A stretch of DNA of 64,000 bases from positions 160,001-224,000 of the forward strand of contig CAWBNQ010000008.1 in assembly GCA_963790205.1 (NCBI GenBank), given 5' to 3'. A program made the position numbers and the translations under genes. This document shows positions 10,775 to 21,247 of this stretch, in pieces. Every line of letters starts with the position of its first letter. The first letter of the stretch is position 1. Origin of the DNA: Nitrospirota bacterium (GTDB lineage Bacteria > Nitrospirota > UBA9217). The notes under the pieces were generated by a model. The model worked only from the letters and a program-made list of their open reading frames with translations, did not search any database and was not told the origin of the DNA.

Positions 10775-13700
10775 TTATTTTTGAAGCTCCGGCTTGTCCC
10801 GCTTGGGCAGGATGGGTGAAATGATATCAACGGGCAAATGAATGATATTTTCAAAAATCTCGACGATCCTCGTTCCGACAGCCGAGGGGGACAGGTAGAC
10901 AACATCAGGATTCGAGATATCCCCCGTCACTTTGACCGGGATTGAGATGAGCGTTCCACCGAGCACCTTGCCGACAAGCGGTATATGCCTGATAACCCAG
11001 TTAATCGTTGAAAAAGGCGCTACGAGCACCACGAGATCCAGGTCTTTTTTTGTCAGATCGACCCTTCCTTCGGCAATGATGTCGAGCGACGAACCGTCGA
11101 TGAATGCATGATCGAGTTTCAACGTGCCCTCCTGAATACTTGCATTTACGATCAGCGAGTGATACGGAAATCCGCTCCCTCCCAGTTCGGGAATCCTGCC
11201 GCGGAAAATATCGGTTACGCTCAGGATCGAGAATATTTTTGCCAGGAGCGGGTAGCGGTATATTTTCCCGTCTTTCGCCTTGAACTGCAACTGACCCTCC
11301 AGAAAGTGCGTGAGCTCGCCGGCCTTGCCTTGCGAATGGAATTCCGCATTTAAAGAGAACATACCGCTCATCTTTACGTTTTCGCTCATAAGGCAGGTTA
11401 TGGCTTGTTCAAGCTGGCCAGCCGCGGCTTTCGCCTGAAAATCAATGGTGGTGGTGCCGTGGTCCACGATGATTGTGCCGGGGATCGAAATCCCACAGGA
11501 CTCCGCGCTGGTGAACGTTATATTGAAATAGTTCGGACGGAATACTACCCGGGCCAGCGGCGCATCGATCCTGTACTTGCCATAGAGGAGTTCCCGGGCC
11601 TTGATCCGCAGCAGCCCGTATATGGCGGTTCGCCCGGCGGCCGAGGCCGCGCGCATGTTTTGTTGTCCGTGCGTTTCCATCAGCCGGGTCAGGGATTCGG
11701 TCAATTCTTCCACGATGATGCGGTCGGCAGCGATGTCGCCATCCAGGACCAGACCTTTTTCAGAAAAAGTCGCTGTGCCGGAAAGATCATAATGCGTGTT
11801 GCCCCACGTAACTGCCGCGGCTGTCAGGGTCGCGATATGACCGCCGGCGCGGAGGGACGCGCGATCGACCATGAGCGGGGTCCTGAAACCCCACGGAATG
11901 ACCAGATGGTCGGCTTCGAGGACTCCCTGTGCAAGCGAGTCCAGGGGATGGTCCGTGCTGATCATGACGCGCAGGTCCCCCTGCACTTTCCCGGTACCGA
12001 ATGTAGTTCTTTTGAATATCCTGTTCAGGGTCGGCAGAGAAAGTACCCCGGAAAAAGACAATTCCGCCGTCTTTGCCGAGTGGTGAAGGGCTAGGGTCGC
12101 ATGGGTATCCCGGTCCGTCACTGAAACACGTTTAAGCGTGAACTCAGCGGGGGTTCGCTGAAATGCCATGTCCAGCGCCGGACCGTTTCCCGTGACGATC
12201 TTGCCGTCAAATGATACACCGGCGGTCTTTTGCCAGGCCAGGCGGGCCTGCTCGACAATCAGCGGCGCATTCACCTGCAGTTCGGGAGGCACGTTGAATT
12301 TTGCGAACAACCAGCCCATGATTTCCGGCCCCATGCGGCAGTTCAGGGCGAGGTCCGCATTTCGGACATCGTAAGGGAATGCCTGAATCGTGCCGGACAG
12401 GGCGCCGGACAAGTCCCTGATCGCAGTATGCACATCGAAAAAGGAGAGTTTCTTCCGGACGAAGCTGAACGTTCCCTGCGACAGGATAACGGGTCCGGGC
12501 AATAACGCAGTGTTCAGGAGCACCTTTTCCAGTGAGCCGGTTGCATCAATCCGCCATGTTCGGGGCTCCCAAAGCGGTCCGGAGAGACGAATGGCGGACA
12601 GTTTTACCGTGCCTTCCAGAGAACCGATGTTTTTCCGTAATGCACTCATTGCATCAGACCGGGAACTCCACTGGTACACATCGTTTAAAGCGATGACCGC
12701 ATTCCCCGAAAAAACCTTGAGATAGAGAGGTTTTTTCCAGGTGAGTCGAGCGGTTGCCCGGGAAAAAGATGATCTGCCCAGCCGCGCCGACAGCCCGGTC
12801 ACGGCCAATTTATTATCTTCCAGGTTGAATCCGCCGTTTACGGTGAGGGGCGCGGGCAAACGGTTTGATTCCACGGTGACGTTCTTTAATTGCCCTCTTA
12901 CTCTTCTTTGCCATGACGCCGGCTTTGCTATCAGGCCGCCGCCCTGCATCGAGTCCACGACGACTGAGCCTTTTAATGATGTTATGTCATGCAGAAGAGG
13001 GATATCGCCGGCCGAGGAAGACAGCCATGGAAAGAGCTGATCGAACATGAGCCTGGCACTGCCTGCGAGCACTTCGATGCTGGGTCGATGCTCCCAGACA
13101 AGATTGGCGTAAAGACCGCTCACGGTGGAGCGGCCCAGCCTCAGGGAAAGGTCCTTTACTTCCGTTTTGTCCCCCGTAAACGAGAAGGATCCGCCGAGGT
13201 CGAAATCGCCCCATCGATCCGTTCTCGCTTTGAGTTGTATGCCCATTTCTCCCGGCGGTGCATTAAACCGGGCGGACGCCTTTCTCAAGGATAGAAAAAA
13301 ACGGCCCTTTCTCCTCAGAACAAACGTGCCGTCGTTCAGTTCGACGACAAGGCCAGGGCCGATCGAGGCCAGGTAATTCAGCACAAGCCGGATATCCTTG
13401 TGCACTTCAGACAGAGAGAGCGTTGCGGGCTTCACCTCCTCAACGGTCTCCGGAAGCGTTATCAAAAAATCGGGCTTCCGGACCTGGATTTTTGCAATCA
13501 GCATTTTCCCTTTGAAGAAAGGAACTATCTGGGGATAAACCCTGATGGATTCGATCGTCCCGGCGAGCATTTTCGGGATCGCGATAGTTGATTGTTGCAG
13601 AGAGACAGCCGGGCGGGGAAAGGGGACAATCACGAGTCGCCTGAAATGGACTTCCCCGCCCAGTTTCCGGGATATAGCCGCTTCAATATTTTTTTTTATA

Positions 13701-13810
13701 AATGGCTTGTTGAGATAGACCGGCGCCAGGAACGCCACGGCAGTGATCAAGGCCATGAAAAGAAAGGGGAGGGCCAACCATTGAAACAGTTTTTTATATT
13801 GGGTGCTCAT
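10775..13810 (-). CDS. AsmA-like / YhdP-type envelope protein
   Basis: N-terminal TM anchor, long beta-rich body and AsmA_2-like C-terminus (IPLVGKVLGG...VKVTGDISNPDV). Confidence 0.75.
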   Translation of the reverse strand: MSTQYKKLFQWLALPFLFMALITAVAFLAPVYLNKPFIKKNIEAAISRKLGGEVHFRRLVIVPFPRPAVSLQQSTIAIPKMLAGTIESIRVYPQIVPFFKGKMLIAKIQVRKPDFLITLPETVEEVKPATLSLSEVHKDIRLVLNYLASIGPGLVVELNDGTFVLRRKGRFFLSLRKASARFNAPPGEMGIQLKARTDRWGDFDLGGSFSFTGDKTEVKDLSLRLGRSTVSGLYANLVWEHRPSIEVLAGSARLMFDQLFPWLSSSAGDIPLLHDITSLKGSVVVDSMQGGGLIAKPASWQRRVRGQLKNVTVESNRLPAPLTVNGGFNLEDNKLAVTGLSARLGRSSFSRATARLTWKKPLYLKVFSGNAVIALNDVYQWSSRSDAMSALRKNIGSLEGTVKLSAIRLSGPLWEPRTWRIDATGSLEKVLLNTALLPGPVILSQGTFSFVRKKLSFFDVHTAIRDLSGALSGTIQAFPYDVRNADLALNCRMGPEIMGWLFAKFNVPPELQVNAPLIVEQARLAWQKTAGVSFDGKIVTGNGPALDMAFQRTPAEFTLKRVSVTDRDTHATLALHHSAKTAELSFSGVLSLPTLNRIFKRTTFGTGKVQGDLRVMISTDHPLDSLAQGVLEADHLVIPWGFRTPLMVDRASLRAGGHIATLTAAAVTWGNTHYDLSGTATFSEKGLVLDGDIAADRIIVEELTESLTRLMETHGQQNMRAASAAGRTAIYGLLRIKARELLYGKYRIDAPLARVVFRPNYFNITFTSAESCGISIPGTIIVDHGTTTIDFQAKAAAGQLEQAITCLMSENVKMSGMFSLNAEFHSQGKAGELTHFLEGQLQFKAKDGKIYRYPLLAKIFSILSVTDIFRGRIPELGGSGFPYHSLIVNASIQEGTLKLDHAFIDGSSLDIIAEGRVDLTKKDLDLVVLVAPFSTINWVIRHIPLVGKVLGGTLISIPVKVTGDISNPDVVYLSPSAVGTRIVEIFENIIHLPVDIISPILPKRDKPELQK

Positions 13811-13904
13811 GATTTTTGCTCAATACCCTTACTTTTATTATACATGGGCCATTGATGTTTGGTTGCCCGGGACAAATGCGGCGCCAATACCTTGGAACCA
13901 GCAA

Positions 13905-13992
13905 AGACGCGAAGGACGAGAAAAAAGCTGAAATTTCAGCGGATTTGAAATCAGGAATCATGCTTTCTTTCTCAGTCTTCGCGCGATTCGCC
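13905..13992. repeat. Palindromic REP-like element (CGCGAAG-type short units)
   Basis: gcaaagacgcgaaggacgagaaa arm versus tttctcagtcttcgcgcgattcgc arm. Confidence 0.5.
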
Positions 13993-14212
13993 AAGTGTGC
14001 CGCTTTTTAATATGTTAGAATAAAACCATGGACAGCCTCGAAAAGCACATGCCTGTTCTCGACGTCCAAGCCGCGGCCCTTATATTATGAAGAAAAAAGA
14101 GTTCCTTGGCAGGGCATAGATCGAACGCATCTTTGCGGAGAAGAATAAAAAGACAGCCCTCAGAAAACGGGCGCCTGTTTTGTTTTGCACAAATAGGACA
14201 CAGGGCAGGAGC

Positions 14213-15466
14213 ATGAGTATGAAGAATATACGAGGTTTTGCATATTGGTTTTTACCGTTGGCACTGGGAATCATGATCGGTGTGTTATTCCATCAAATCA
14301 TCCGTCTCGATCCCGTGCCGTCCGCGGATATTCCCCGCGCAGCAACCCCGGACTTCCGACTGATGGCCGAGGCCTGGAACGCGATCGAGCAGCACTATGT
14401 AGACCGGTCCGCTGTACAACCGAAAACGATGACCTACGGGGCCATCAGCGGCATGGTGGAATCCCTGGGCGACACCGGACACAGCGTCTTTTTGACCCCG
14501 GAGCTGGTGGAGGTCGAACACAGCCTGGAAAGCGGAGAATTTGCCGGCATAGGCGCGGAGCTCCAGATAAAAAATAAACAGCTTGTCATTGTTGCGCCTA
14601 TGGATGGATCGCCTGCTCAAAAAGCCGGCATTCGGCCTGGAGACGTGATCATATCGGTTGACGGCCGGAACATAGAAGGCTTGCCGATACAACAGGTAAT
14701 CGGGAAGATCAAAGGTCCTGCCGGAACGCGGGTGTCGCTGACGCTGAAGGACCCGTTATCGGGAAATGTTCGCACGGTCGAGATCACCCGTGCGAACATT
14801 CCGCTCCGCAGCGTCACGTGGCGGAAGCTCCCGGGCACCGATGTGGCGCATGTGCGGATTGCCTTTTTCAGCAAGGAGACATCCACAGACCTGGGAAAAG
14901 CGCTCGCTGAGATCGAACAGGGCGGAGTAAAAGGACTGATTCTCGACCTTCGGAACGATCCTGGAGGCCTTCTGGACATGGCAGTAGGAGTGGCCAGTCA
15001 ATTTCTGAAAGACGGGAGCGCGCTGCAGGAAAAGGACGCTCACGGCGTGGTGCGGTCCGTTCCTCTTGAAACCGGCGTCAAAAAAAGCGACCTCCCTCTT
15101 GTCGTTCTCATAAACGAAGGGACCGCGAGCGCGGCGGAGATCGTTGCCGGCGCTCTTCAGGATGCAAAACGGGCTACGATCGTGGGCCAAACCACATTCG
15201 GAACCGGCACGGTCTTGAAAACCATCCCGCTTTCCGACGGGTCGGCACTGCAGCTCGCAATCCTGGAATGGCTTACCCCCAAGGGCCGCACGATCTGGCA
15301 TAAAGGCATCGCGCCCGACATCACCGTAACTCTTCCTGCCGGGGTCTCACCGCTGGTTCCCGAAGCGGAGAAGGGCATGACGGGTACCCAGCTCATGGCA
15401 AGCAAGGACCGGCAGTTGCTTCGTGCGATCGAACTCGTGCAGGGGAAAAAGCCGTTGCGAAAATGA
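14213..15466 (+). CDS. S41 family C-terminal processing peptidase (CtpA-like, PDZ)
   Basis: GIGAEL PDZ loop, LDLRNDPGG, TASAAEIVAGAL and TFGTG motifs. Confidence 0.92.
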   Translation: MSMKNIRGFAYWFLPLALGIMIGVLFHQIIRLDPVPSADIPRAATPDFRLMAEAWNAIEQHYVDRSAVQPKTMTYGAISGMVESLGDTGHSVFLTPELVEVEHSLESGEFAGIGAELQIKNKQLVIVAPMDGSPAQKAGIRPGDVIISVDGRNIEGLPIQQVIGKIKGPAGTRVSLTLKDPLSGNVRTVEITRANIPLRSVTWRKLPGTDVAHVRIAFFSKETSTDLGKALAEIEQGGVKGLILDLRNDPGGLLDMAVGVASQFLKDGSALQEKDAHGVVRSVPLETGVKKSDLPLVVLINEGTASAAEIVAGALQDAKRATIVGQTTFGTGTVLKTIPLSDGSALQLAILEWLTPKGRTIWHKGIAPDITVTLPAGVSPLVPEAEKGMTGTQLMASKDRQLLRAIELVQGKKPLRK

Positions 15467-15577
15467 TCAGTCTTCATATTTTTAACCTCTTTGGCGCGGC
15501 TGCGCCATGATATAAAAAAGGCAATTTGTCACTGTTGATCCACATCGGGAAAGTTTCTCATTTTTTGATGGGGAAAA

Positions 15578-16429
15578 ATGTCTCTGCCACCGCCGGTAAC
15601 CACGATCTTGTCCCTCCTTTTTCTCTTCGCAGGAGGCGTTTGCCTTGTCATCATGATGAGGAAGCTGGGCGGGAAGCAGTTTGCCCGTCCGGAGCTCGCA
15701 ACGCGCATCCACCGCGTCATGGGTTGGAGCTTCACGGTCCTGTACCTGATCCTGTTTGTCGTAATGGTAGGAAGGATCGAACGGTACTGGGAGGTGGCGC
15801 CCGCGCGCATTGCGATCCATGTTGCCCTGGCCGTCAGCCTGTTCGTGCTCCTGGCCGTCAAGCTCGCAATCCCGAGACTGCTCCCGGCCCTGTCCAGACA
15901 CCTCTTCGTTTTCGGTGTTTCTGCATACCTCGTAGGATTCGTCCTGGTAGGTATAACGGCGGGTTACTACCTGGTGCAGGTTTTCCGCGGCGTACCGTAC
16001 ATCTCCCACACTATGCTGCCCGGCAGAATGGAGGACCCCCGGTTTGGCCAGGAACTTTTCATTACGAGATGTTCCGTTTGCCATCAACTGCGGGACATCA
16101 TGACCCCGCGCAAGCCGAGGGAGTGGGAGGAGATCGTCACGCGCATGGTCGGGCTTGCTGAACCGCGGATCAGTCCTGCCGAGGCGGGCCAGATCCTGGA
16201 TTATTTGCAGGCGACCTACATTCCGAAGCCTTACACTCCGGGGCCGACGGCATCGTTGATCGTCCGTTTCTGTTCGCCCTGCCATGCGATGGAGGACATC
16301 GAGCGCCGGCATTTCGGCCGCACGGAATGGGGGAATATCGTGCGCAGGATGAGCAAACGCGCGCCTGATATCGTCCCTGCGGGCAAAATTAAAATAATTG
16401 CCGACGCTCTCGTGAAAGGTAATTTCTGA
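15578..16429 (+). CDS. Membrane protein (4 TM) fused to a diheme c-type cytochrome
   Basis: Four hydrophobic segments with His residues; CSVCH and CSPCH, each followed by W..IV.RM. Confidence 0.75.
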   Translation: MSLPPPVTTILSLLFLFAGGVCLVIMMRKLGGKQFARPELATRIHRVMGWSFTVLYLILFVVMVGRIERYWEVAPARIAIHVALAVSLFVLLAVKLAIPRLLPALSRHLFVFGVSAYLVGFVLVGITAGYYLVQVFRGVPYISHTMLPGRMEDPRFGQELFITRCSVCHQLRDIMTPRKPREWEEIVTRMVGLAEPRISPAEAGQILDYLQATYIPKPYTPGPTASLIVRFCSPCHAMEDIERRHFGRTEWGNIVRRMSKRAPDIVPAGKIKIIADALVKGNF

Positions 16430-16437
16430 TGCGGCCC

Positions 16438-17202
16438 TTATTCCTCCGGCATAAACAATGAATCCGGCAGTTCCGGGTTCACCCGGTACTCACGGATACG
16501 GACTTCCCCGACCCTTTGCCCGCCGGCATAATTCACAACCCGGAAGGGAAACAACCGTCCGTCGACTTTCCTGAAATCATGAAATTCCGATGACAGCTCC
16601 GTTTCCGCGCCGTTCATGCTGAAAACCCCCGAGTCCTTGACGATCCGGCGGCTCTTCCGGTCGATATACAGCTTCATGGGAGGACCTTCCTTGTCCTTGA
16701 GCATGAGAATCTTGACCGGGATGCCGTTCACCACGCTTTGGCCTCCATCGGTGATCGTGAAGGCGGACGTCATGAGTTGATACGGCATGGTGAGCTCTTT
16801 GAACTGGTAGGCCATGGAAAGAAAACGGGACCCCGAGACCTCGATCATGGGAGAACCCGCCGTCCGGTAATAGCCTTGAGCGCCATTCAGTATCCGCACC
16901 TCGAGCGAGGCGCCGGACCGCGTTTCGACGCGGAGCCTGCGATCACGCCTGAGGTAAAACGAGTATTCTGCGGTGCCCCCATACAGAGGCGATTCGATCA
17001 CGCCCTTTGCGGAGAGAGCGCGAATTTTATCCAGCACCGCTTTTCCTCCGTATGCGTCCACGATCCCCCGCACGAGCAGCTCCTTCTTCACGGAGGCATC
17101 GGATGCCTCCGAGGCCGCCGTGTTTTGGGAAATGACAATCAGGATCGAGGCGCACAAAAGCAGCGAAAATTTTTTCCAACGTTCGGCACGAACCATGTGC
17201 AT
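16438..17202 (-). CDS. Exported protein, LolA-like/outer-membrane lipoprotein-sorting fold suspected
   Basis: Signal peptide; AYGG...L, DFRKVDGRLFP and VNPELPDSLF pattern. Confidence 0.6.
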   Translation of the reverse strand: MHMVRAERWKKFSLLLCASILIVISQNTAASEASDASVKKELLVRGIVDAYGGKAVLDKIRALSAKGVIESPLYGGTAEYSFYLRRDRRLRVETRSGASLEVRILNGAQGYYRTAGSPMIEVSGSRFLSMAYQFKELTMPYQLMTSAFTITDGGQSVVNGIPVKILMLKDKEGPPMKLYIDRKSRRIVKDSGVFSMNGAETELSSEFHDFRKVDGRLFPFRVVNYAGGQRVGEVRIREYRVNPELPDSLFMPEE

Positions 17203-17233
17203 GACCGACCTCGCGCTCTATCCATTTAACTCA

Positions 17234-18697
17234 TCAACGCTGTATCGTAAGATAGGCCGACCCGCCGTCCCGGTAGATCAGCAGGAGGACCGTGTCGTGG
17301 CTGCCGATCTTGGAAGCGAGCTCCTCGTACTCCTGCGCGCTCCGGACCGGCTTGCGGTCCACTTCCTGGATCACGTCGTTCGCCTGCAGCAACCCCTGGG
17401 CCGGGCTGTCCGACCCGACGGCGGTGACCACGACGCCTGTCATATCCTCCGGCAGGTTGAGCTTGTCCCGCAGGCTCGGAGTAAGCTCCTGGATCGTTAC
17501 TCCCTTGAGCGCATTGTCGTACTCCGTCTTCTTTATGATCTTCTTTTCCCGGTACTCGCCGAGGGTCGCCGCAATCGTCTGTTCCTTGCCGTTCCTGATG
17601 ATCTTGAAATCGACCCGTGTTCCCGGCGCCGTTGCTGCGACCGTATTCCTGAGGTTCGTCACATCGGTAATTTTTTTGCCGTTCATTTCAACGACAAGAT
17701 CGCCCCGCTTCAGGCCCGCCTTGTCCGCGGGACTGCCGCTTTCGACGCCCGCTATCAGGGCGCCTTCCGTTTCCTTGATCCCCAGCGGTTTGGCAAGCTC
17801 CGGGGTAAGGTTCTGAATGCTTACGCCAAGCCAGCCGCGGATCACTTTGCCGTATTTAATGATGCTGTCCATGACCGATTTCGCCATGTCCGACGGGATG
17901 GCGAACCCGATCCCCATGTATCCGCCGCTGGTCGAAAAAATCGCCGTATTGATCCCCACAAGCTCCCCCCTGCCGTTCACCAGGGCGCCCCCGGAATTGC
18001 CCGGGTTGATGGCCGCATCGGTCTGGATGAAGTCCTCGAAATCGGCCAGGCCGATGTTGGAACGGCCCACGGCGCTCACGATCCCCATGGTGATGGTCTG
18101 GTTCAGGCCGAAGGGATTGCCGATCGCCAGGACGATATCGCCGGTCCTCAGCTTGCCGGAGTCGCCGAACGAGAGGGTCGGCAGGTCCTTCGCATCGATC
18201 TTGACCACGGCGAGGTCCGTTCGGGGGTCGGTGCCGACGACCTTGCCTTTGAATTCACGCTTGTCGTAGAGAATGACCTTGATCTCCTCTGCGCCCTTTA
18301 CCACGTGGTTGTTCGTCAATATATAACCGTTCCCCGACACGATCACCCCGGAGCCGAGGGCCGATGATTTGAATGTTCGCTTTTGTTCCGGACGCCCGCC
18401 CCCGAACTGGTCGCCGAAAAAGTGCCTGAAAAAGGGGTCGTTGAACATACCGCCTAAGGGGTTTTCTTCCATGGTCTCGACCGAGGTCGTAGATATGTTC
18501 ACGACAGCAGGGCGCACGGTATCGGCCACCTCAGCCAGGGCGTCGCTTAATCTGCCGAGCGTTTTTATTGATTCCTGCGAAATGATCTTTTCCCTGGCTG
18601 AAGCCATGCCGGCCGTGAAAAAACTCGCTGTCAGCAAAAGAGCTACGGATAAAGCAAGATAGTTGCGGAGTAACGTGTGTTTCCTCTTCATTTTCAT
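17234..18697 (-). CDS. DegQ/HtrA (Do) serine endoprotease with two PDZ domains
   Basis: LTNNHVV, TDLAV and GNSGGAL triad motifs; GGAGG RBS before the ATG at 18697. Confidence 0.95.
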   Translation of the reverse strand: MKMKRKHTLLRNYLALSVALLLTASFFTAGMASAREKIISQESIKTLGRLSDALAEVADTVRPAVVNISTTSVETMEENPLGGMFNDPFFRHFFGDQFGGGRPEQKRTFKSSALGSGVIVSGNGYILTNNHVVKGAEEIKVILYDKREFKGKVVGTDPRTDLAVVKIDAKDLPTLSFGDSGKLRTGDIVLAIGNPFGLNQTITMGIVSAVGRSNIGLADFEDFIQTDAAINPGNSGGALVNGRGELVGINTAIFSTSGGYMGIGFAIPSDMAKSVMDSIIKYGKVIRGWLGVSIQNLTPELAKPLGIKETEGALIAGVESGSPADKAGLKRGDLVVEMNGKKITDVTNLRNTVAATAPGTRVDFKIIRNGKEQTIAATLGEYREKKIIKKTEYDNALKGVTIQELTPSLRDKLNLPEDMTGVVVTAVGSDSPAQGLLQANDVIQEVDRKPVRSAQEYEELASKIGSHDTVLLLIYRDGGSAYLTIQR

Positions 18698-18892
18698 TGA
18701 TGCCTCCCGGTGTGAAGTTCGGATTAGTGAGTCTGTTTTCAAAGGTACCAAATAAAATTATACTACACAAAGCGGAGGCTATGACCGGTCGCGTGCTTTT
18801 TATAAAACTTAAGTTTTAAACTGGTCTCATAATGATTCTTGACAGAGGTCTGCAGAAGGGATAGGTTTTAAGCAGAGGGGTGAGGGTTAGTC

Positions 18893-19324
18893 GTGAACAA
18901 GATCATAAAAATTACGGTGCTCGTTCTTATGGGAACAGTCCTCGTGTAGACAGCGTGGTGCGCGGAGACGAAGGAAATCTACAAAGCGACGATCGAGAGC
19001 GACGTCCAAAAGGTCGAGATGTGTGGCGACAGCTGTTTTTTCAAACCGGATTACGTCATCGTGAAAGTGAATGTGCCTGTCGAGCTCACGATTAAAAAGA
19101 ATCCGGTTCGTGCTGCATATGATATCGTCTTTCATGCCCCAGAGGCAGGGATCGACTTTAAAGTTGAACTTAGTACGGATCCAAAAGTGATTAAGTTCAC
19201 GCCGACGAAGGTCGGGAAGTATCCTTTTTACTGCGACCATCGGTTTCTCTTCTGGTCGCATAAGGCAAGGGGCAGGGAGGGAGTTCTGGAGGTCACGGAG
19301 CAGGCGGGCCTTGGACCGCGATGA
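18893..19324 (+). pseudogene. Cupredoxin-domain secreted protein with a premature stop and degenerate Cu ligands
   Basis: GTG 18893 opens MNKIIKITVLVLMGTVLV, then in-frame TAG at 18947-18949, then TAWCAET...FTPTKVGKYPFYCD...SH..RGREGVLEV. Confidence 0.65.
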
Positions 19325-19330
19325 ATTTTT

Positions 19331-19993
19331 ATGAAACGTGAATTTACAACCGCGGATGCCAAGAAATTTTACGACCGCTTCGGGTCTAAGCAGGATCTGC
19401 AGGCATTTTACGAAAATCCGGCTATTGATGAACTTATCGCCCAAGCCGACTTCGAGCACGCCAGGGCGGTGTTTGAACTCGGATTCGGGACCGGCAGATT
19501 GGCACAGCAGTTGCTCGAACATTATCTTCCGCCTGACGCAATTTATTCCGGCATCGATATCAGTGCGGCCATGGCCAGACTTGCCGGAGAAAGGCTGCGG
19601 CCCTGGCAAAAGCGTGCGACGCTCAAAATCGGGGATGCATCGAAGGGGATTGATCTGTCCGACGCTTCTTTTGACCGGTTTGTTGCGACCTATGTGCTCG
19701 ATCTTTTGCGGCCTGACGATATCCGTAAGATGATCAGTGAGGGCTATCGCATGTTGAAACCAGGCGGGCTGCTCTGCCTGGTGAGTTTAACGGAGGGGAC
19801 AGGTGCGTGGAGCCGCGTCGTCACCGGGGCATGGAAGGCTCTTTACCGGAGGAACCCGCGTGTTGTCGGCGGTTGCCGGCCGGTCGCGCTGCTCGAACAT
19901 CTTACGCACGATCGCTGGCACATCAATTACCATAATACGGCATCTTCCTTCGGAATCACTTCAGAGGTCGTCGTTGCATCACGCCAAGCATGA
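19331..19993 (+). CDS. Class I SAM-dependent methyltransferase
   Basis: VFELGFGTG motif I, GIDIS, SFDRF and RMLKPGG. Confidence 0.9.
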   Translation: MKREFTTADAKKFYDRFGSKQDLQAFYENPAIDELIAQADFEHARAVFELGFGTGRLAQQLLEHYLPPDAIYSGIDISAAMARLAGERLRPWQKRATLKIGDASKGIDLSDASFDRFVATYVLDLLRPDDIRKMISEGYRMLKPGGLLCLVSLTEGTGAWSRVVTGAWKALYRRNPRVVGGCRPVALLEHLTHDRWHINYHNTASSFGITSEVVVASRQA

Positions 19994-20188
19994 TTGGCAA
20001 GAAGTCAATCGCCATGATAAACAACCCAGGTGGCCAGGATGTCGCTCCCAAGAATGCCACCGTGCATCGCGCGGAGAAGGTTATTTTTTCACTCCATCGA
20101 ACCTATTGCTGTTGGGACCGATTAGCCGGTGATGCTCCATCAGGAAACCTCGGATACCAGGTATCCTGAAAGACAGGAAGGAGGGGCA

Positions 20189-21223
20189 TTACGATTGCAT
20201 GTCGACTTCCTCATAGACAAGCTTCGTAACGTCGTGGATGATCTTCGTAAGCGAGTTTGCGTCATCTCCCCGCACCATGATACCGAGAAGAAAAGGACGC
20301 CGGGGATGATAGATAATGCCGAACTCGTGCATCTGCTCGAATTCCTTTTCTTTTCCGTTTTCCACGATTTTGACTGTTCGTTCTCCGAACTTGCTGGCGA
20401 TGTCAATGTTCAAGGGAATGCCTGACGCCATGCCATGCTTCAAGGAGGACTTGGTGAGGTACCTGAGGGCCTTTTCCGACATTTCCTCGTTCAGATAGGA
20501 GGCATTAAAGAGAACACGGTAAAAGGAGGCAAATGCCCTGAGAGATAACGAGTCGTCGTCATTATGAGGGTCGTATTCCACGTTCAGGTCCTTGAACACC
20601 GTGTCTATCCTTGGGTGCGGGATGTTGGCGAACAACAGTGAATAGGCGTCGTTATCATCCTCGGTTATCATCCTGAAGATAAGATCATTTACCGTATACT
20701 GTTTGCCCGGTTCCAATCCTGTTTTTTCGTTGTTTTGTTCCGGGTCGAGGGGGCGTTGTGGAGCGTTATCGGTAAGCCTTTTCCGCAAAACCAGTGGATT
20801 CGATTCAGCCCATTTGAAATAGGCCATCATAAGAGGAAGCTTCAAAAGGCTCTTGGGCGAAAACTTCTCTTTTTCTCCGATACCGAACCAATTCCCGTTG
20901 TTCAGATCGCGAAAATAAACCGATGCCGCCTTTGCTTCATTCCTGTTGATCTTTTCATCTATGAGAGCCTTGATCTTATAGCGAAAAGGCGCAAGCTCCG
21001 TGTTCGGGCGGTGTTCATCATCGTCCTTTAAAGCTATCGCGGTGCGGATGAACTTAAAATTTTCCTCCCTGCCATTGGAAGCTGTCTTCCCCGTTTGGAC
21101 GGGGGTGATCATTACCATAAACCCGCTGCCGATAAAAACGCCGATTGCGAAAGCGGCCAGGACGGCTCTCCAGAAGAAGTTCCTGTTAACCGGGAAAGTG
21201 TTTTCTTGATCTTTTGTGTTCAT
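20189..21223 (-). CDS. Class A beta-lactamase-related serine hydrolase, membrane anchored
   Basis: SVYFRDL, SLLK (SxxK), DDN at the SDN position and KFG at the KTG position. Confidence 0.75.
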   Translation of the reverse strand: MNTKDQENTFPVNRNFFWRAVLAAFAIGVFIGSGFMVMITPVQTGKTASNGREENFKFIRTAIALKDDDEHRPNTELAPFRYKIKALIDEKINRNEAKAASVYFRDLNNGNWFGIGEKEKFSPKSLLKLPLMMAYFKWAESNPLVLRKRLTDNAPQRPLDPEQNNEKTGLEPGKQYTVNDLIFRMITEDDNDAYSLLFANIPHPRIDTVFKDLNVEYDPHNDDDSLSLRAFASFYRVLFNASYLNEEMSEKALRYLTKSSLKHGMASGIPLNIDIASKFGERTVKIVENGKEKEFEQMHEFGIIYHPRRPFLLGIMVRGDDANSLTKIIHDVTKLVYEEVDMQS

Positions 21224-21247
21224 AAATTACCCGACACCCGTAAAAAA

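Noticed and set aside
18947..18949. Pyrrolysine or stop-codon reassignment at the in-frame TAG
   Set aside because: TAG is used as a normal stop elsewhere (atpA, P-ATPase, ClC); the site lies in a signal peptide and the gene shows other decay.
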